Notes under the pieces: model-generated
Told to the model about the DNA's origin: nothing
The model's input: only the letters and a program-made list of their open reading frames with translations
The model's database searches: none
Shown: one piece after another, positions 28,158 to 39,127 of the stretch
How positions within the stretch are numbered: the first letter of the stretch is position 1
How the letters are laid out: each line of letters starts with the position of its first letter
Made by a program: the position numbers and the translations under genes
Virus record (IMG/VR): IMGVR_UViG_3300035670_000078
Span: 1-64,000 of that record
Direction: 5' to 3' (one strand)
Length of the DNA: 64,000 bases
From: a virus

Positions 28158-29001
28158 TCCGACCTCGGGTCTCCCATTATTTAAGAAGCACCCCAAATAA
28201 TCAGTGGGCTCGCTTTAAAAATACCAAAATAATGGTTTTGACCAAAGACACACCACCTCTGACCGGGTGGTTCAAAAATCGACCTCGGCCGCCCGTGCGG
28301 ACCGGGGCGATTTGGGTTGACAAATTTCAAAAAGTAGTGCAGCCTCCGCTGCGCAGCTTGGAAGGAGGCGTCGCGCAGCGACAATCGGCGAACGCCGAGA
28401 AGGCAAGCGACGCTGACGAGCAAGCGCGGACGGAGGCAGCCGCAGGCGAGTGCATCCGAGCGCGGAGGCTGCCGAACGGGAGCGATAACACGCGCGAAGC
28501 GCGTAACGCGGAGCGTTTGGGCTACGGGCTGAGAGCCTCAGGCCGTGAGGCCGGGTGGATTATTTGCTGGGGCGCAGGCGACTGCGCGCTCGGCGGGTAG
28601 GACACCTTGAAAGGTCCCTGTGGTCCTACGGACCCTGGGTTGGGAATGCGGATGTCTCCCCTCCTTCCCTCTCCCCCTATCCTCATCATCCTCCTCTCCC
28701 TCCTATCTGTCTCTCCCTCTCCCTGATGCACAACCACGGCGTGACGGTAGTGGGGGGAGAGGGGAGGGGAGGGCACGGGCCGGAGGCCGGGGAAGAGGCC
28801 GGGGGTTGCCATCGGCCCTCGGGTGGGTTAGAGCTGCCCATGAGAGTAGCTTATGTTGCGCCGGCGGCCGCCGGATGGTGCTTCGGTTCTGGGCGCCACG
28901 GCGGGCCGCCCCATCTTAGGGTAAAGGTTTTTACCCTGCGCCCCGCGCGGCGCTCTCCCCGGCCCATTGCGCGGGCCGGCGGGCCATGGCATGGGGGATG
29001 G

Positions 29002-29340
29002 ATGCTGTCCCGCCAAACCATCGTCTATTTGGCCTCCCCCTGCTCCGGGGATGTGGATGTTGCGCGGGCCTATGCGCTGCTGTGCGTGGCCGATGCGCTC
29101 GGGCGGGGGGATTATCCGGTGGCGCCCACGGCCCTGTTTGTGTCCGCCTTCGATTCCTTCATCACCGAGGATGAGGAGCTTCAGGCCGCCACCATGGGCG
29201 AGGTGATCGCGCGCTGCGATGTCTTCGCCGCCTATATTGATATGGGCTGGACCCCTGCGATGGTCGCGGAGCGGGATCGGGCGCTGGCGTCCGGGATGCC
29301 CGTTGAGGAGCGCCGGGTCTGCTCGTCCGTGCAGGCTTGA
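29002..29340 (+). CDS. nucleoside 2-deoxyribosyltransferase-like (DUF4406/DUF7768-type) protein
   Basis: VYLASP.SG..A..RG.YP.AP..CD....Y.D.G.T..M..E...A...G.PVE. Confidence 0.75.
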   Translation: MLSRQTIVYLASPCSGDVDVARAYALLCVADALGRGDYPVAPTALFVSAFDSFITEDEELQAATMGEVIARCDVFAAYIDMGWTPAMVAERDRALASGMPVEERRVCSSVQA

Positions 29341-29367
29341 AAAAATCAAGCTGCTAGCACAATCTTG

Positions 29368-29396
29368 TTGCTCACACGGTCGAGTGGGTGTAGACA
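29368..29396 (+). promoter_or_regulatory. sigma70-like promoter, possibly leaderless
   Basis: TTGCTC-17 bp-TAGACA; ATG 6 nt later, no SD. Confidence 0.4.
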
Positions 29397-29402
29397 TGGG
29401 GC

Positions 29403-29705
29403 ATGGACAACCTCAAAGCCCGCAACATCGTCATGGAAGCCGTTCGCAAGAGCGGCAACATGTCCGCCATCGCAAAGACGCTCGGCTGCCACCGATCGTT
29501 TCTCTATCAATTCGCCCGCGCTGAAGGCCCCAACCTCGGCCCGCAGATAGTCAGCCGGATGCGGCAGCTACCCGCGTTCGAGGACATCGATGATTCGGTG
29601 TGGCTTATCGCCATGGGCGTCAACGACAACATCCCTAAGATCGAGGATGGTGAGCGTTCGAGCCCGCATGGTCCTCGGCCTCGTACCTGGGTCAGGAGGT
29701 CTTGA
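29403..29705 (+). CDS. HTH transcriptional regulator
   Basis: GNMSAIAKTLGCHRSFLYQF HTH pattern. Confidence 0.7.
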   Translation: MDNLKARNIVMEAVRKSGNMSAIAKTLGCHRSFLYQFARAEGPNLGPQIVSRMRQLPAFEDIDDSVWLIAMGVNDNIPKIEDGERSSPHGPRPRTWVRRS

Positions 29706-32700
29706 TCATGGTGTCACCCATTGACGTCTATGGCACCGCTCGGCACGCGCTCACCCTCACGCATTGGAAATGGTTGCCGGGGATGGTGACAACGGGCGGG
29801 ATCGTCGTGTCTGTGAAGCCTGAGGTCATCACGATATACGATCGTGGTCTCCTTCGGCTCCTTGGCGAGACCGAGCTTCCCGACCTGCACAACCCTGCGA
29901 CTGAAGGTCATCTCCTCCAGCTTGTGCGTGATGCGTGGGGCACAGACGACGCCTGCATCTACAGGGTCTTCGGTGACCGCTGGGAGGTCGACGGCATCGA
30001 CTTCGCTGGGGTCTTCTATTACCGCTGGGAAGCCCTCGTGGCTGCATTGGAGGCCGCGCCGTGAAGGTCAATATCATACACGACGACATCCTCATCTATC
30101 CGCAGACCTCTGAGTCCGGCCGTATCGAGATCGGCTACGAGGTGCGCACTGGGATGCAGGTCGGCACTACACCGATTGTGTGCCGCATCCTGGCCCCTCT
30201 CAACTACCCCGACTGCTGGTTCTACGTTCCTGGTCGCAGCCTTTTCAAGATCCTGGCCGAGATCAAGGACGGGTTCATCCCCGAGTGGATGAGCCTCGCT
30301 TGCTATGAGCAAGGATGGCGGGAACTGGTCGATGCTGGCTATCAGCTTAGCCTGTTCAAGAACGAGCATGACGTGGTGGCGCGCGACTTGAGAGACGCTA
30401 AGCAGCTCAACCAAGAGCTTGAGGCGAAGGTCGCTGAGCTTGAGGCGAAGATCAAAGAAATGGAAGCACAGCCGCCTTGGAAGCCTGAGCCAAGCTTCTG
30501 GATCGGGAAGCTGAAGCAGGAGACCGCGCCGTGAAAGAAAACAGAGCCGTGGCGAAAGTTCGCCGTATTATTGCAAAGCGTTATTTCGGCAGTGAGGCGT
30601 TCTCCGACGTGCCAGTCTTTAAAGACTGGGGCTGCGTTGTCGACGCCGAGAAGCTCGTTGTCATCAAACACGGTACGTGGAGAGATCAAACGCCCGGATG
30701 TCAGGCAGCTCTCCTCAAGGACGGTCGTGTTGTGCTCATCCTTGGCGGTCAGGTCATGGATCCGAGGACGGGCATCGGGATGGGCGAGACCACGCTCGAG
30801 ATGGTGGCGATCGCTTTGCGCTGGCTGGATTTCATCACCGACGACGAGCTGAGGAAATACCGAAGCTGGCTGAGCGAAGAGCGGTTCAAAAAGGATAAAG
30901 ACTCCAAGAGGAAGTCCTTCTTGGAGCAGGCCAGACTGCTTGGCTACCGCGTCGTATTTGAAGGTGAAGAATGAACTCAAGTGTAAGAGAACTCGACCAC
31001 GCCCAGTGGGCAATCGCCCGCGTAGTGCAGGTGATGCAGAAGCTCAACGTGCCTGCGGAGATGAAGGTCTACACGGAACTGACGGCGCTGCTGTGCAAGG
31101 CAGCCTCGCTGGCCGTGAACCGAATCGACTTGGCTGAGGCAGGCATCGACGACTTCCCCGGCTTCTTGGCCCGGTGGGAGGAGAAGGTTGCTCCTCTGCT
31201 GAAGCAGATCAAGGAGCGGTCATGATCGAGAGGCGCCTACCGGATGGAACGATCACTACCGACCAAGCGCGCTACGTCGAAGAGTGGTTCAACCTTGCCG
31301 ATGAGGTGGCCTCGCTATTCCCTGGCTATCATGTCAACGGCGTCGACCCGAACATAAGCCTATGGAAAGGGCTATCGACTTTGAGCCTGACCTTGGAGCA
31401 GGCCAAGCTGCTGCTCGCGGAAGTGAAGCGGAGGGAGCTGTGCCAACAGATAAACAAGTACTCGGTGCTCGCATCAGAGCCGCCGAAGAAGCTTACGTAA
31501 AGAAGCATCGTAAGCCTTACAAGGGAGGCGGCTGGATTATCCCCTCTAGGCAAGAAGTGCACGGTCACCTGAGCGCCATGTTTGATATCCCTGTAAGAGA
31601 CATAGGGTTTTTCCTTACGTACAGTAGAAACTGCACCCACACATGGGCGCAAGGAGCATGTGATGCCTGCCCAGATTAATGTCGGGGACGAGGTTATTGT
31701 TGACTGTGGGAACACCGTAAAAAGAGAGAAGGTGGTCAAGGTAGGCAGAAAGTACCTGACCGTCTCTCACGGTGAGTCCTCTATCCACGATGAGTTCTCT
31801 ATCGAGACGGGCAAAGAGAAAGGCCACGTCAGGGGCTTTCCAAAGTATCTCTACACGTTGGAGCAATGGCACAGGCGCCAGGCCTTCATCGAACTAGCGA
31901 AGTCTCTGAGCCACCTGAAGCATCAGGTGGACAAGTGGAACATTTACGCCTGCGAGTACCTGACCCTCGAGTGGCTGGCCGATGCCAAGGCCAAGATTGA
32001 TGAAATCACCGAGGTCATCGGTGGCAGGGCTATCAAGCCAACAGAAGGAAAGTGAGCCATGACGAAAGAAGAGATCGCTAACACCGCAATCAAGTATGTC
32101 GAACTGTGTACGCTAGCCGTGCAGGCTCAGCATGAGTACCGGCCTAGCCCATCAGCAAAGCGGAACTCGGAGTTGGCCCTCGATTATCACGAGGCCATGA
32201 CTGAGATGGCGCGGGCCGAGCTTCAGCTTCATGCGCAGGTCTGGGCGTACAAGGAAGAGCAGGCCAAACAGAAAATACGTGACGCCGAGGAGTGGAAGCC
32301 GTGAATAGAAAAGCTAGTGAAAACCTTATTCAATTGGCAAGTACCAAGTGCAAATTTGTTGGCGCTTTCGTCGGCGAGCCCTTTGCCCGCGAGGTCGTCT
32401 GGACCGGCGAGCGCTACGAGACCTTCGACCCCGCAATCCACACCGACAAGCGCCCGATCCTCCGCGTGATGCTCAACTTTTTCGTACCAGCCGAAAGCGC
32501 CATGAAGGTCATCGAGGGCGGCACCGTTTGGTTCAAGGACGTCCTCAAGGTCCGCGACAAGTACGGCCTCGACAAGTGGCTGTTCGAGATCGATTATCAA
32601 CGAGAAGTCGGCGATGAGAGGGCGATCTGCAGCATCTGGCCCGAGAAAAAGATCGACGACGCGATGCGCGCCCGTATACGCACCATGCCAATTTTTGATT

Positions 32701-34105
32701 TGCCGGAGTTTGTTATCAATCTTGACGAGGAGCGGATGCCGTGAAGAAGTTACCCGTGAGCGACGATGGTTATTTCTTACTGCTCAACTGTCCGCGCTGT
32801 GGCGAGATATGTGAAGAGATGCCCGCTAACGAGCCAGAGCCACCCTATGATTTTCCTCATTGGGAGGAGGGTGACAAGGGTGTCTGCTCATGCGGCGCTC
32901 CGCTTGAAGTTAGAGTTGATGGTGAAAGGGCATACCTCATTGACATGGAGGAGAATGAATCATGACAAGCTACGAGATACAGGCCGTCAAAAATCATATC
33001 GACAACATCCCTGCAATGGCGGGGATGTATCTGCCTGTCGTGCTGGCATGGGTCGAACTCTACAAAAGGAAGCTCGACGCCGTTGGAGAGGTGCTGAGCG
33101 AGAACGGCTGCGACTGCGAGTGCGATCATGACTTCGAGTCGCATGACGACGACTGCGAGCGTTGCCTCGCGTGCCGTGTACAGGGGGCTCTGAATGAACG
33201 CTGATCTCGTCACATGGCACCTCGACATCGACACGAGCGGGGCCGCGCTCCAACGCTTCGCACATGCGCTGCTCTCGACTGGCGGCTCGCTGCTGCCGTC
33301 GAGGCTTATCATGGGAGAGATGGGGCGCGGCGTCACAGCGATGGTCGTCGTGCAGCTACCGGCAGGGCAGGACAAGAAGTTCAAAGAACTATGCAAGCCC
33401 CAGCTGATGAAGCCACCACCTAAGGTCAACTGGGGCATGGGGGTCAGCGGATTTCGGGCGAAACCTCGCCACAACCTCGCTGCGACCTCGAATCAACCTC
33501 CGGCTTCGGAGAGTGATGATGGTTGACATCTTCCGCAGGCATAACACGTCCGAGCCCGACTGGAAGCAGCTCAAGCTCGACCTCACCAAGTGCTTGTGGC
33601 GCAAGCACATGGCGTTAGGCTGGAAGCTGCCAAAGGAGCGCGCCAAGTCGTGCCGAGCAGAACTGCCTGCCATCGGCTGGATCAAGTTCGCGATGGTGAA
33701 TGGCATCTATCGCTGGGTGACATGGTGCATCGGCGAAGGCATGAAGACCTATCACCGGGACGAGATGCAGGTTGCTGTCGATGATCTATACAGCAGCCTG
33801 CTCGGTATCCATGCACGGCTCAGCAAAGGCATCGGAGATTTCGATTTATGAACTTCATGGAAGAGTACAACGACATGCTCCGATTCGGCGAGTGCCTGAC
33901 GAAGATGAAGACATGGCGCTGGCTCAGGGGGATGGTCGTCATCAAAGGAAAGTCGTGGCGACGACTCGAGAGCTACGAGGTCAGCGTGGACGGCACGCCT
34001 GACCTGCATGACCGAGCGACTATTCTGCTCACCATTGACCTGCTCAGACATGACCCCGAGTACGGGGACGTCAGGGAGAAGCTTGAAGAATGGGCAGACG
34101 ACTAA
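29702..34105 (+). other. cluster of ~14 translationally coupled small hypothetical genes
   Basis: ATGA/GTGA overlaps at 30061, 30531, 30971, 31222, 32301, 32741, 32962, 33848; 29702-30064 and 33848-34105 share W.WL.GMV..PDLH..AT; 31660-32055 has KVVKVGRKYLTV beta-barrel motif. Confidence 0.7.
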
Positions 34106-34250
34106 AGGTTTGGCGTGAGCGGGCGGGCGTTATATCAGAGGTGCCCGTCTGGTGCGTCTACCTCGACGGATACTTGTACATTCACGAGTCTTTTTGCGGG
34201 CTTGTGAAACAACTTACCTTTGAAAGAAATAACGATAAGCATCAGGTGGG

Positions 34251-35516
34251 ATGATGGGGTTGCATCACAGCTGGACAGTGACCGAGGACACGGGGACCAG
34301 AAAGACCTCGGTCTGTCAGACATGCGGCATCAAGGTCGAGCATAGTTCGAAAAGCTCGCCGAGCATTTTCTCGTCGGGGAGGCTGCTGAACGGCAACCCT
34401 ATCAAGATAAGGGAGCCGCTCCCGCTCTGTATAAATGCTGTCAAGCGCATCAAGCTCGCGCCGCGCCACGTGTGGGTTGCGCTTGGCGACGCTCCTGACT
34501 CGCCGTCGGGGGCAAAGTGTCATGCTGTGCAGTGCTCTGAATGCGGCATGACCGTGGAGGCCATCAAGAGCCTCAAAGGTGTGGCCGCCAAGAACGTCGT
34601 CCCAGGCATCTGGAGGCGCTACCGGACCTCTGAGACCGAGGAGTGGAATCGCGGATGCCCTCCACCGTGCAAACCCAAGCACGAGGACAAGATCGGAGAG
34701 TTTGTGAAGGCGAACTGGGACAAGATCACCATCGCCGAGATCGCGAGAACGCTGAAGATCAGCGAAGACACGGTCAGGGCTAGGGCCAAACGGATTGGCC
34801 TCAAGAGCAAGTTCACCGCTGGCGGCGACCGCCCATGGACCGAGCGAGAGGACCAGGCCGTCATCTGGCACTTCGGCGTGAAGAGTGCCAAGATGATCGC
34901 CAAGGAGATCGACCGAACTTACAACGCCATCATCCGTCGAGCCTACAAGCTCGGGCTGGTCAAGCAGGGTTGTATCCAAGGCTATGAGTCGCTCGAGCAG
35001 GCCTCGAAGCGCACCGGCTACAACATCGAGCAGCTGCGCCGGATGATCAAAGGCCGGAACATCATCCCCAGAAAGTCCGAGGGGTACGTCGAAGCCCGCG
35101 CAGGTAAGACCAAGCGCAAGCTCTACAGCATCGACGACATCGACGAATGCGTGGAGGCGTGGCACGAAACCGAGACCTTCACGCAGGGCTGTATCCGACT
35201 GGACATTGATCCTCATGTGATGAGGAAGGCGCTAGAAAAGATCGGCGTCGTGAAGCCGCCCGACATCAAGGGAAAGATGTGGCGCGTCCCCTCAGACAAG
35301 CTTGAGGAGGCCGCAGCTTATCAGCGCACCCTCATCTCCCCGACTGAGTACGCCAGGCTGCGAGGCATCAGCCCGAATACGATAATTAAGAAACTGAAGA
35401 AGGTGGGCATCGAGCGGCCATTCAGGTCCTCTGTGTGGTACCTGCCTGAGTCAGTCATAGAGGAAGCACTCAAGCTTAACCCTATCGAAACCAAGTTTAA
35501 GAGGAAAGACCTATGA
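34251..35516 (+). CDS. multi-HTH DNA-binding protein with N-terminal Zn-ribbon motifs
   Basis: CQTCG, CSECG; TIAEIARTL..TVRARAKRIGL; WTEREDQ..IAKEIDRT. Confidence 0.7.
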   Translation: MMGLHHSWTVTEDTGTRKTSVCQTCGIKVEHSSKSSPSIFSSGRLLNGNPIKIREPLPLCINAVKRIKLAPRHVWVALGDAPDSPSGAKCHAVQCSECGMTVEAIKSLKGVAAKNVVPGIWRRYRTSETEEWNRGCPPPCKPKHEDKIGEFVKANWDKITIAEIARTLKISEDTVRARAKRIGLKSKFTAGGDRPWTEREDQAVIWHFGVKSAKMIAKEIDRTYNAIIRRAYKLGLVKQGCIQGYESLEQASKRTGYNIEQLRRMIKGRNIIPRKSEGYVEARAGKTKRKLYSIDDIDECVEAWHETETFTQGCIRLDIDPHVMRKALEKIGVVKPPDIKGKMWRVPSDKLEEAAAYQRTLISPTEYARLRGISPNTIIKKLKKVGIERPFRSSVWYLPESVIEEALKLNPIETKFKRKDL

Positions 35517-36745
35517 GCAACGTCAATCATCCTAATCATTACAACAAAGGGGGGATGGAAGTCGCGGTGGCGATGGACCTCCTCAACTATCCGAGTCAAT
35601 GGCTCGGTCATGCGCTCAAGTACGCCTGCCGCTCGCCCCACAAGGGCAAGGAGTTTGAGGACCTCAAGAAGGCGATCTGGTGCGTCCGCCGCGCTGTGAG
35701 TGCAGGTAGCTGCAAGTGGGAGCAGTGGCTCGAGAAGCCTCGGCTCCAGACGATCCGCGACGCGCTGCTGCTCGGCGTTCCCGAGGAACGCACATGGACA
35801 CGCGCCTTCATTAACGCGCTGCTGACGGACTACTACATGTCGCCCGAGTCGCTGCTGGCGGCGTGCGACACACTTGAGCTTGATATAAGCAGCCTTGAGC
35901 CGCCGGTCGAAAAGAAGACCGTGGTGAGCGACGAGTTCTCGAAGGCGGCGTTCGAGATTCTCTTCTGTGGTGGGGGCGCGATGACGCAGACCCCGCCGCC
36001 GGCGACGTCCCCGCCACCACCGGTATCCGGTGACATGCACAAGGCTCAGCTCAACACGCTGTCGGAAACACTTCATAAGCTCAAGTCAAAGAGCAAGCTG
36101 GATATAGAGATCAGTAGCCTTGAACGGCGTTACAAGACCGCCATCGACTACTTGGAAGAGGAAGGAAAAGAGCTGCGCAGCCAGCTTAAGGAAAGGGTCG
36201 AGCTGATCGCCTTCTGCGAGAGCCGCCATCTGGCCATGAAGGAAATGCTCGACCGAGCGCACGAAGAGGTCGACAGCCTCAAGAACGGGACTGTGGCGAA
36301 GCAGGTGCAGGACTTCCAGCGAATGATCGGCCGTCCCGAGCCCATCGTCCCCATGGTACCCGAGGATGACGTCGTGAAGCTTCGGATGCGCCTCGTGATG
36401 GAGGAGGCCTTCGAGGTTCTTGAGAGCTGCTATCACAAGCATGAGTGGGTGAACGACATCAAATCGTACGTGATGGACCGCATCAACATGTACCGACCGA
36501 ACGTCTCGATGCCCGACTTGGTGGATGGTCTGGCCGATCTCGACTTCGTGGTCGAAGGTACACGTCAGGAGATCGGTGTGATCGGCGCACCTGTCGCCAA
36601 GCTTGTCTACGAGGCCAACATGGCTAAGATGAGCGGCCCCGTGGACGAGCACGGGAAGAAGAGGAAGCCCGAGGGATGGAAGCCGCCCGATATCGCTGGC
36701 GAGCTTCGTCGTCAGGGCTTCGACCCGTCGAAGGAGATGAAATGA
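35513..36745 (+). CDS. DUF3310 + MazG-like NTP pyrophosphohydrolase fusion
   Basis: VNHPNHY..KY..R..HKG..EDLKKAIW; RLVMEEAFE..DGLADL..ANMAK..GK..KPEGW.PPD. Confidence 0.85.
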   Translation: MSNVNHPNHYNKGGMEVAVAMDLLNYPSQWLGHALKYACRSPHKGKEFEDLKKAIWCVRRAVSAGSCKWEQWLEKPRLQTIRDALLLGVPEERTWTRAFINALLTDYYMSPESLLAACDTLELDISSLEPPVEKKTVVSDEFSKAAFEILFCGGGAMTQTPPPATSPPPPVSGDMHKAQLNTLSETLHKLKSKSKLDIEISSLERRYKTAIDYLEEEGKELRSQLKERVELIAFCESRHLAMKEMLDRAHEEVDSLKNGTVAKQVQDFQRMIGRPEPIVPMVPEDDVVKLRMRLVMEEAFEVLESCYHKHEWVNDIKSYVMDRINMYRPNVSMPDLVDGLADLDFVVEGTRQEIGVIGAPVAKLVYEANMAKMSGPVDEHGKKRKPEGWKPPDIAGELRRQGFDPSKEMK

Positions 36746-37490
36746 GCGACGCTCAAGAACTGGCTGGGCTGATTCTTCAGCAAGGAACCGCAACAAGGGG
36801 AAGGCGCCGCGCGCTTCTCGTAGTCGAGCATGAGCGCACCGTCCCCCGGAATCGGGTGAGTGCCATCGACCTCGCGATGCGCATCCGCCAGAGCGGGTAC
36901 GGTGAGTGGACAACCTCACGCACCGAGCAGGCTGCGATGATTCTCGTCAAAGAGGGCGCCCTCGTCCGTAAGGAAGGAGGCTTTGCGATCTCCGACCCAG
37001 CACGCCTCAAGGCTGTCCTATGAACGGGCAGTTCTACGAGGAGTGGGAGCACCAGCAGACCACGTGCCCGGCTGACGTAAACAAGATGCCTGAACCGCCG
37101 AGAGGGGTGTGCTGGCAGCTCGTGTCAGTCATCCTGACCGATGAGCCAGTCATGGACGATGCGGGCAACCTGTACTCGAGGAGGTTCCTCCGCGCGTACT
37201 GGAAGCGGCCCGTCGCAGCGAGCGAGAACTGAGGCTATGATCGGATCGTTTGCACAGGAGGCGGGTCCGTGTGGAAGCTAGAGGAACTTGGCGTAATCCT
37301 AGAGAAGTTGGCCTCGGCCGAAGGTGAAGAACCCGCGATGTCCATGCACCTCAGGGACATCGCTTGCACGTACCTCGCTGCGCTGATCGAGCATCGCAAG
37401 CTGTGCCGATTCACCGAGGAGCTTATGAAGAAGCTCGACGAGTTTAAGAAATCCGAATTATTGCAGGGTGATCCTCGTTGTGACGTGTAA
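36742..37490 (+). other. three small hypothetical genes (36742-37023, 37020-37232, 37269-37490)
   Basis: coupled ORFs with RBSs. Confidence 0.6.
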
Positions 37491-37689
37491 TCGCAACGCC
37501 TGACACCGTAAGGTCGGTCGGGTGCGGATGAACCGTAAAAGCCAGTGGCTGTCCCTGCAGGGGTTCGTTGCCCCCATACACAGCAGCTACTCGCACTACA
37601 CCGGCGGTCCGGCGTCGTTAGATCCCCTGCTTGAAGGGGGCCGGATACACAAATAAGTAGACGCAAGAGCAATTCTTGCTGTACTAATA

Positions 37690-37731
37690 AAGACGCCGCA
37701 GAGGTAAAAGACCTGCGGCGTCTTACTTTTT
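37690..37731 (+). terminator. intrinsic terminator
   Basis: AAGACGCCGCAG..CTGCGGCGTCTT + ACTTTTT. Confidence 0.65.
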
Positions 37732-37753
37732 GTGTAAAAACCAAGGTGTGGCG

Positions 37754-39127
37754 ATGTCATCGAAGCGCGGAGTGTCATTGACTGCTTGCCAACAAGCAGC
37801 GCTTGACTTGCTCAAAAGCGGAAAGAACGTGTTTCTGACCGGCGACGCAGGTACAGGAAAGAGTACGTTGCTTGACGCCTGGAAGAGAAAGCTTAATCCG
37901 AAGCTCGTCGCTGTTACAGCGAGCACGGGTGTAGCTGCACTTCTTGTTGGCGGTCGCACCGTGCACTCGTTCTTCAATATTGGTAAGGGTGAGGAGGACC
38001 TCAAAGACCTTCTCAGGAACCGATCCAATACCAGCCGAAGCGCTCAGGCCATCCGGTCCATAAAGACCCTCGTTATCGACGAGGTCTCGATGATCGGCGC
38101 CTCGGTCTTCGATAAGATCGAGGCCATCGCGCGCCATGACCGAAAGTCGGACGAACCGTGGGGAGGTCTTCAGGTCGTTGTCGTCGGAGACGCTGGTCAG
38201 CTGCCTCCGGTCAACGACGACTGGTGCTTCATGTCCGAAGCGTGGAAGCGATCCAAGTTCTCGCCCGCGCTTCTTCGCACACAGGTGCGCACCGAGGACC
38301 GAGCGTTCGCTCAGATCCTCCGAGACGTGCGCAACGGGGACATCACCGACCGCGTGCGCGAGCTTCTCGTAGCCCACACCAACCCGGAGCCCGACGACTC
38401 ATGGGTTCGATTGCTGCCGAGACGTGCAGACGTCGACCAGTGGAATAATCGCAAGCTTCACGCCCTAAGCTCACCCATCCAGAGCTACGCCGCAATCAAA
38501 GACGGGCACGAAGGGAGCCTCAAGTCCCTCGAGTCGGCCATGCCCGTCCCGATGATGCTTCAGTTGGCCGAGGGGGCTTACGTCATGTTCCGGGTAAATC
38601 ACCCGGAGGGACTGTGGGCTAACGGCACCACGGGCTACGTCGAGAAGCTCACCCCCTCGTCGGTGACAATTCGCCTCGCCGACGCGAACGGCAGGAAAAG
38701 CGACATCGTCTGCGGCGTCACCCGGCACTCATTTAACCTGAAAGGGTGGGACGGAAGTGTGCTGGCCGAGATCCGGCAATTTCCCGTGCAGCTAGCGTGG
38801 GCGGTGACCATTCACAAGAGCCAGGGCGCTACCCTCGAGAGGGCCGCCGTCGATCTGGCTGGGCTCTGGGAGCCGGGTCAGGCTTACGTGGCGCTATCCC
38901 GTCTCCGCAGGCCGGAAGGGCTCGCTGTACTGCGCTGGACCGAAAGCTCCATCGTGGCCGACGCTGACGTAAAAGCCCTCTACGCCGTCATCGAGAAGTT
39001 GCACGACAAGAGGGCTTCCAAGAAGACTGAGGCTTCTCAGGAAGCCGTGCTGTCTTTCCCAGCATTCGACGACGCTTTCAAAATTCCTGACCTCGGACTG
39101 TCCGTCCGAGTGAAGAACGTCGTCTAG
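37754..39127 (+). CDS. Pif1/RecD-like SF1B helicase
   Basis: GDAGTGKS, TASTGVAA, IDEVSM, GDAGQLPPV, ANGT.G, LAWAVTIHKSQG, YVALSR. Confidence 0.93.
   Translation: MSSKRGVSLTACQQAALDLLKSGKNVFLTGDAGTGKSTLLDAWKRKLNPKLVAVTASTGVAALLVGGRTVHSFFNIGKGEEDLKDLLRNRSNTSRSAQAIRSIKTLVIDEVSMIGASVFDKIEAIARHDRKSDEPWGGLQVVVVGDAGQLPPVNDDWCFMSEAWKRSKFSPALLRTQVRTEDRAFAQILRDVRNGDITDRVRELLVAHTNPEPDDSWVRLLPRRADVDQWNNRKLHALSSPIQSYAAIKDGHEGSLKSLESAMPVPMMLQLAEGAYVMFRVNHPEGLWANGTTGYVEKLTPSSVTIRLADANGRKSDIVCGVTRHSFNLKGWDGSVLAEIRQFPVQLAWAVTIHKSQGATLERAAVDLAGLWEPGQAYVALSRLRRPEGLAVLRWTESSIVADADVKALYAVIEKLHDKRASKKTEASQEAVLSFPAFDDAFKIPDLGLSVRVKNVV

Noticed and set aside
28225-28292. Inverted sixth copy of the 89-bp module
   Set aside because: Only AAATAA and TTCAAAA match, the spacing is off and the core 16-mer is absent
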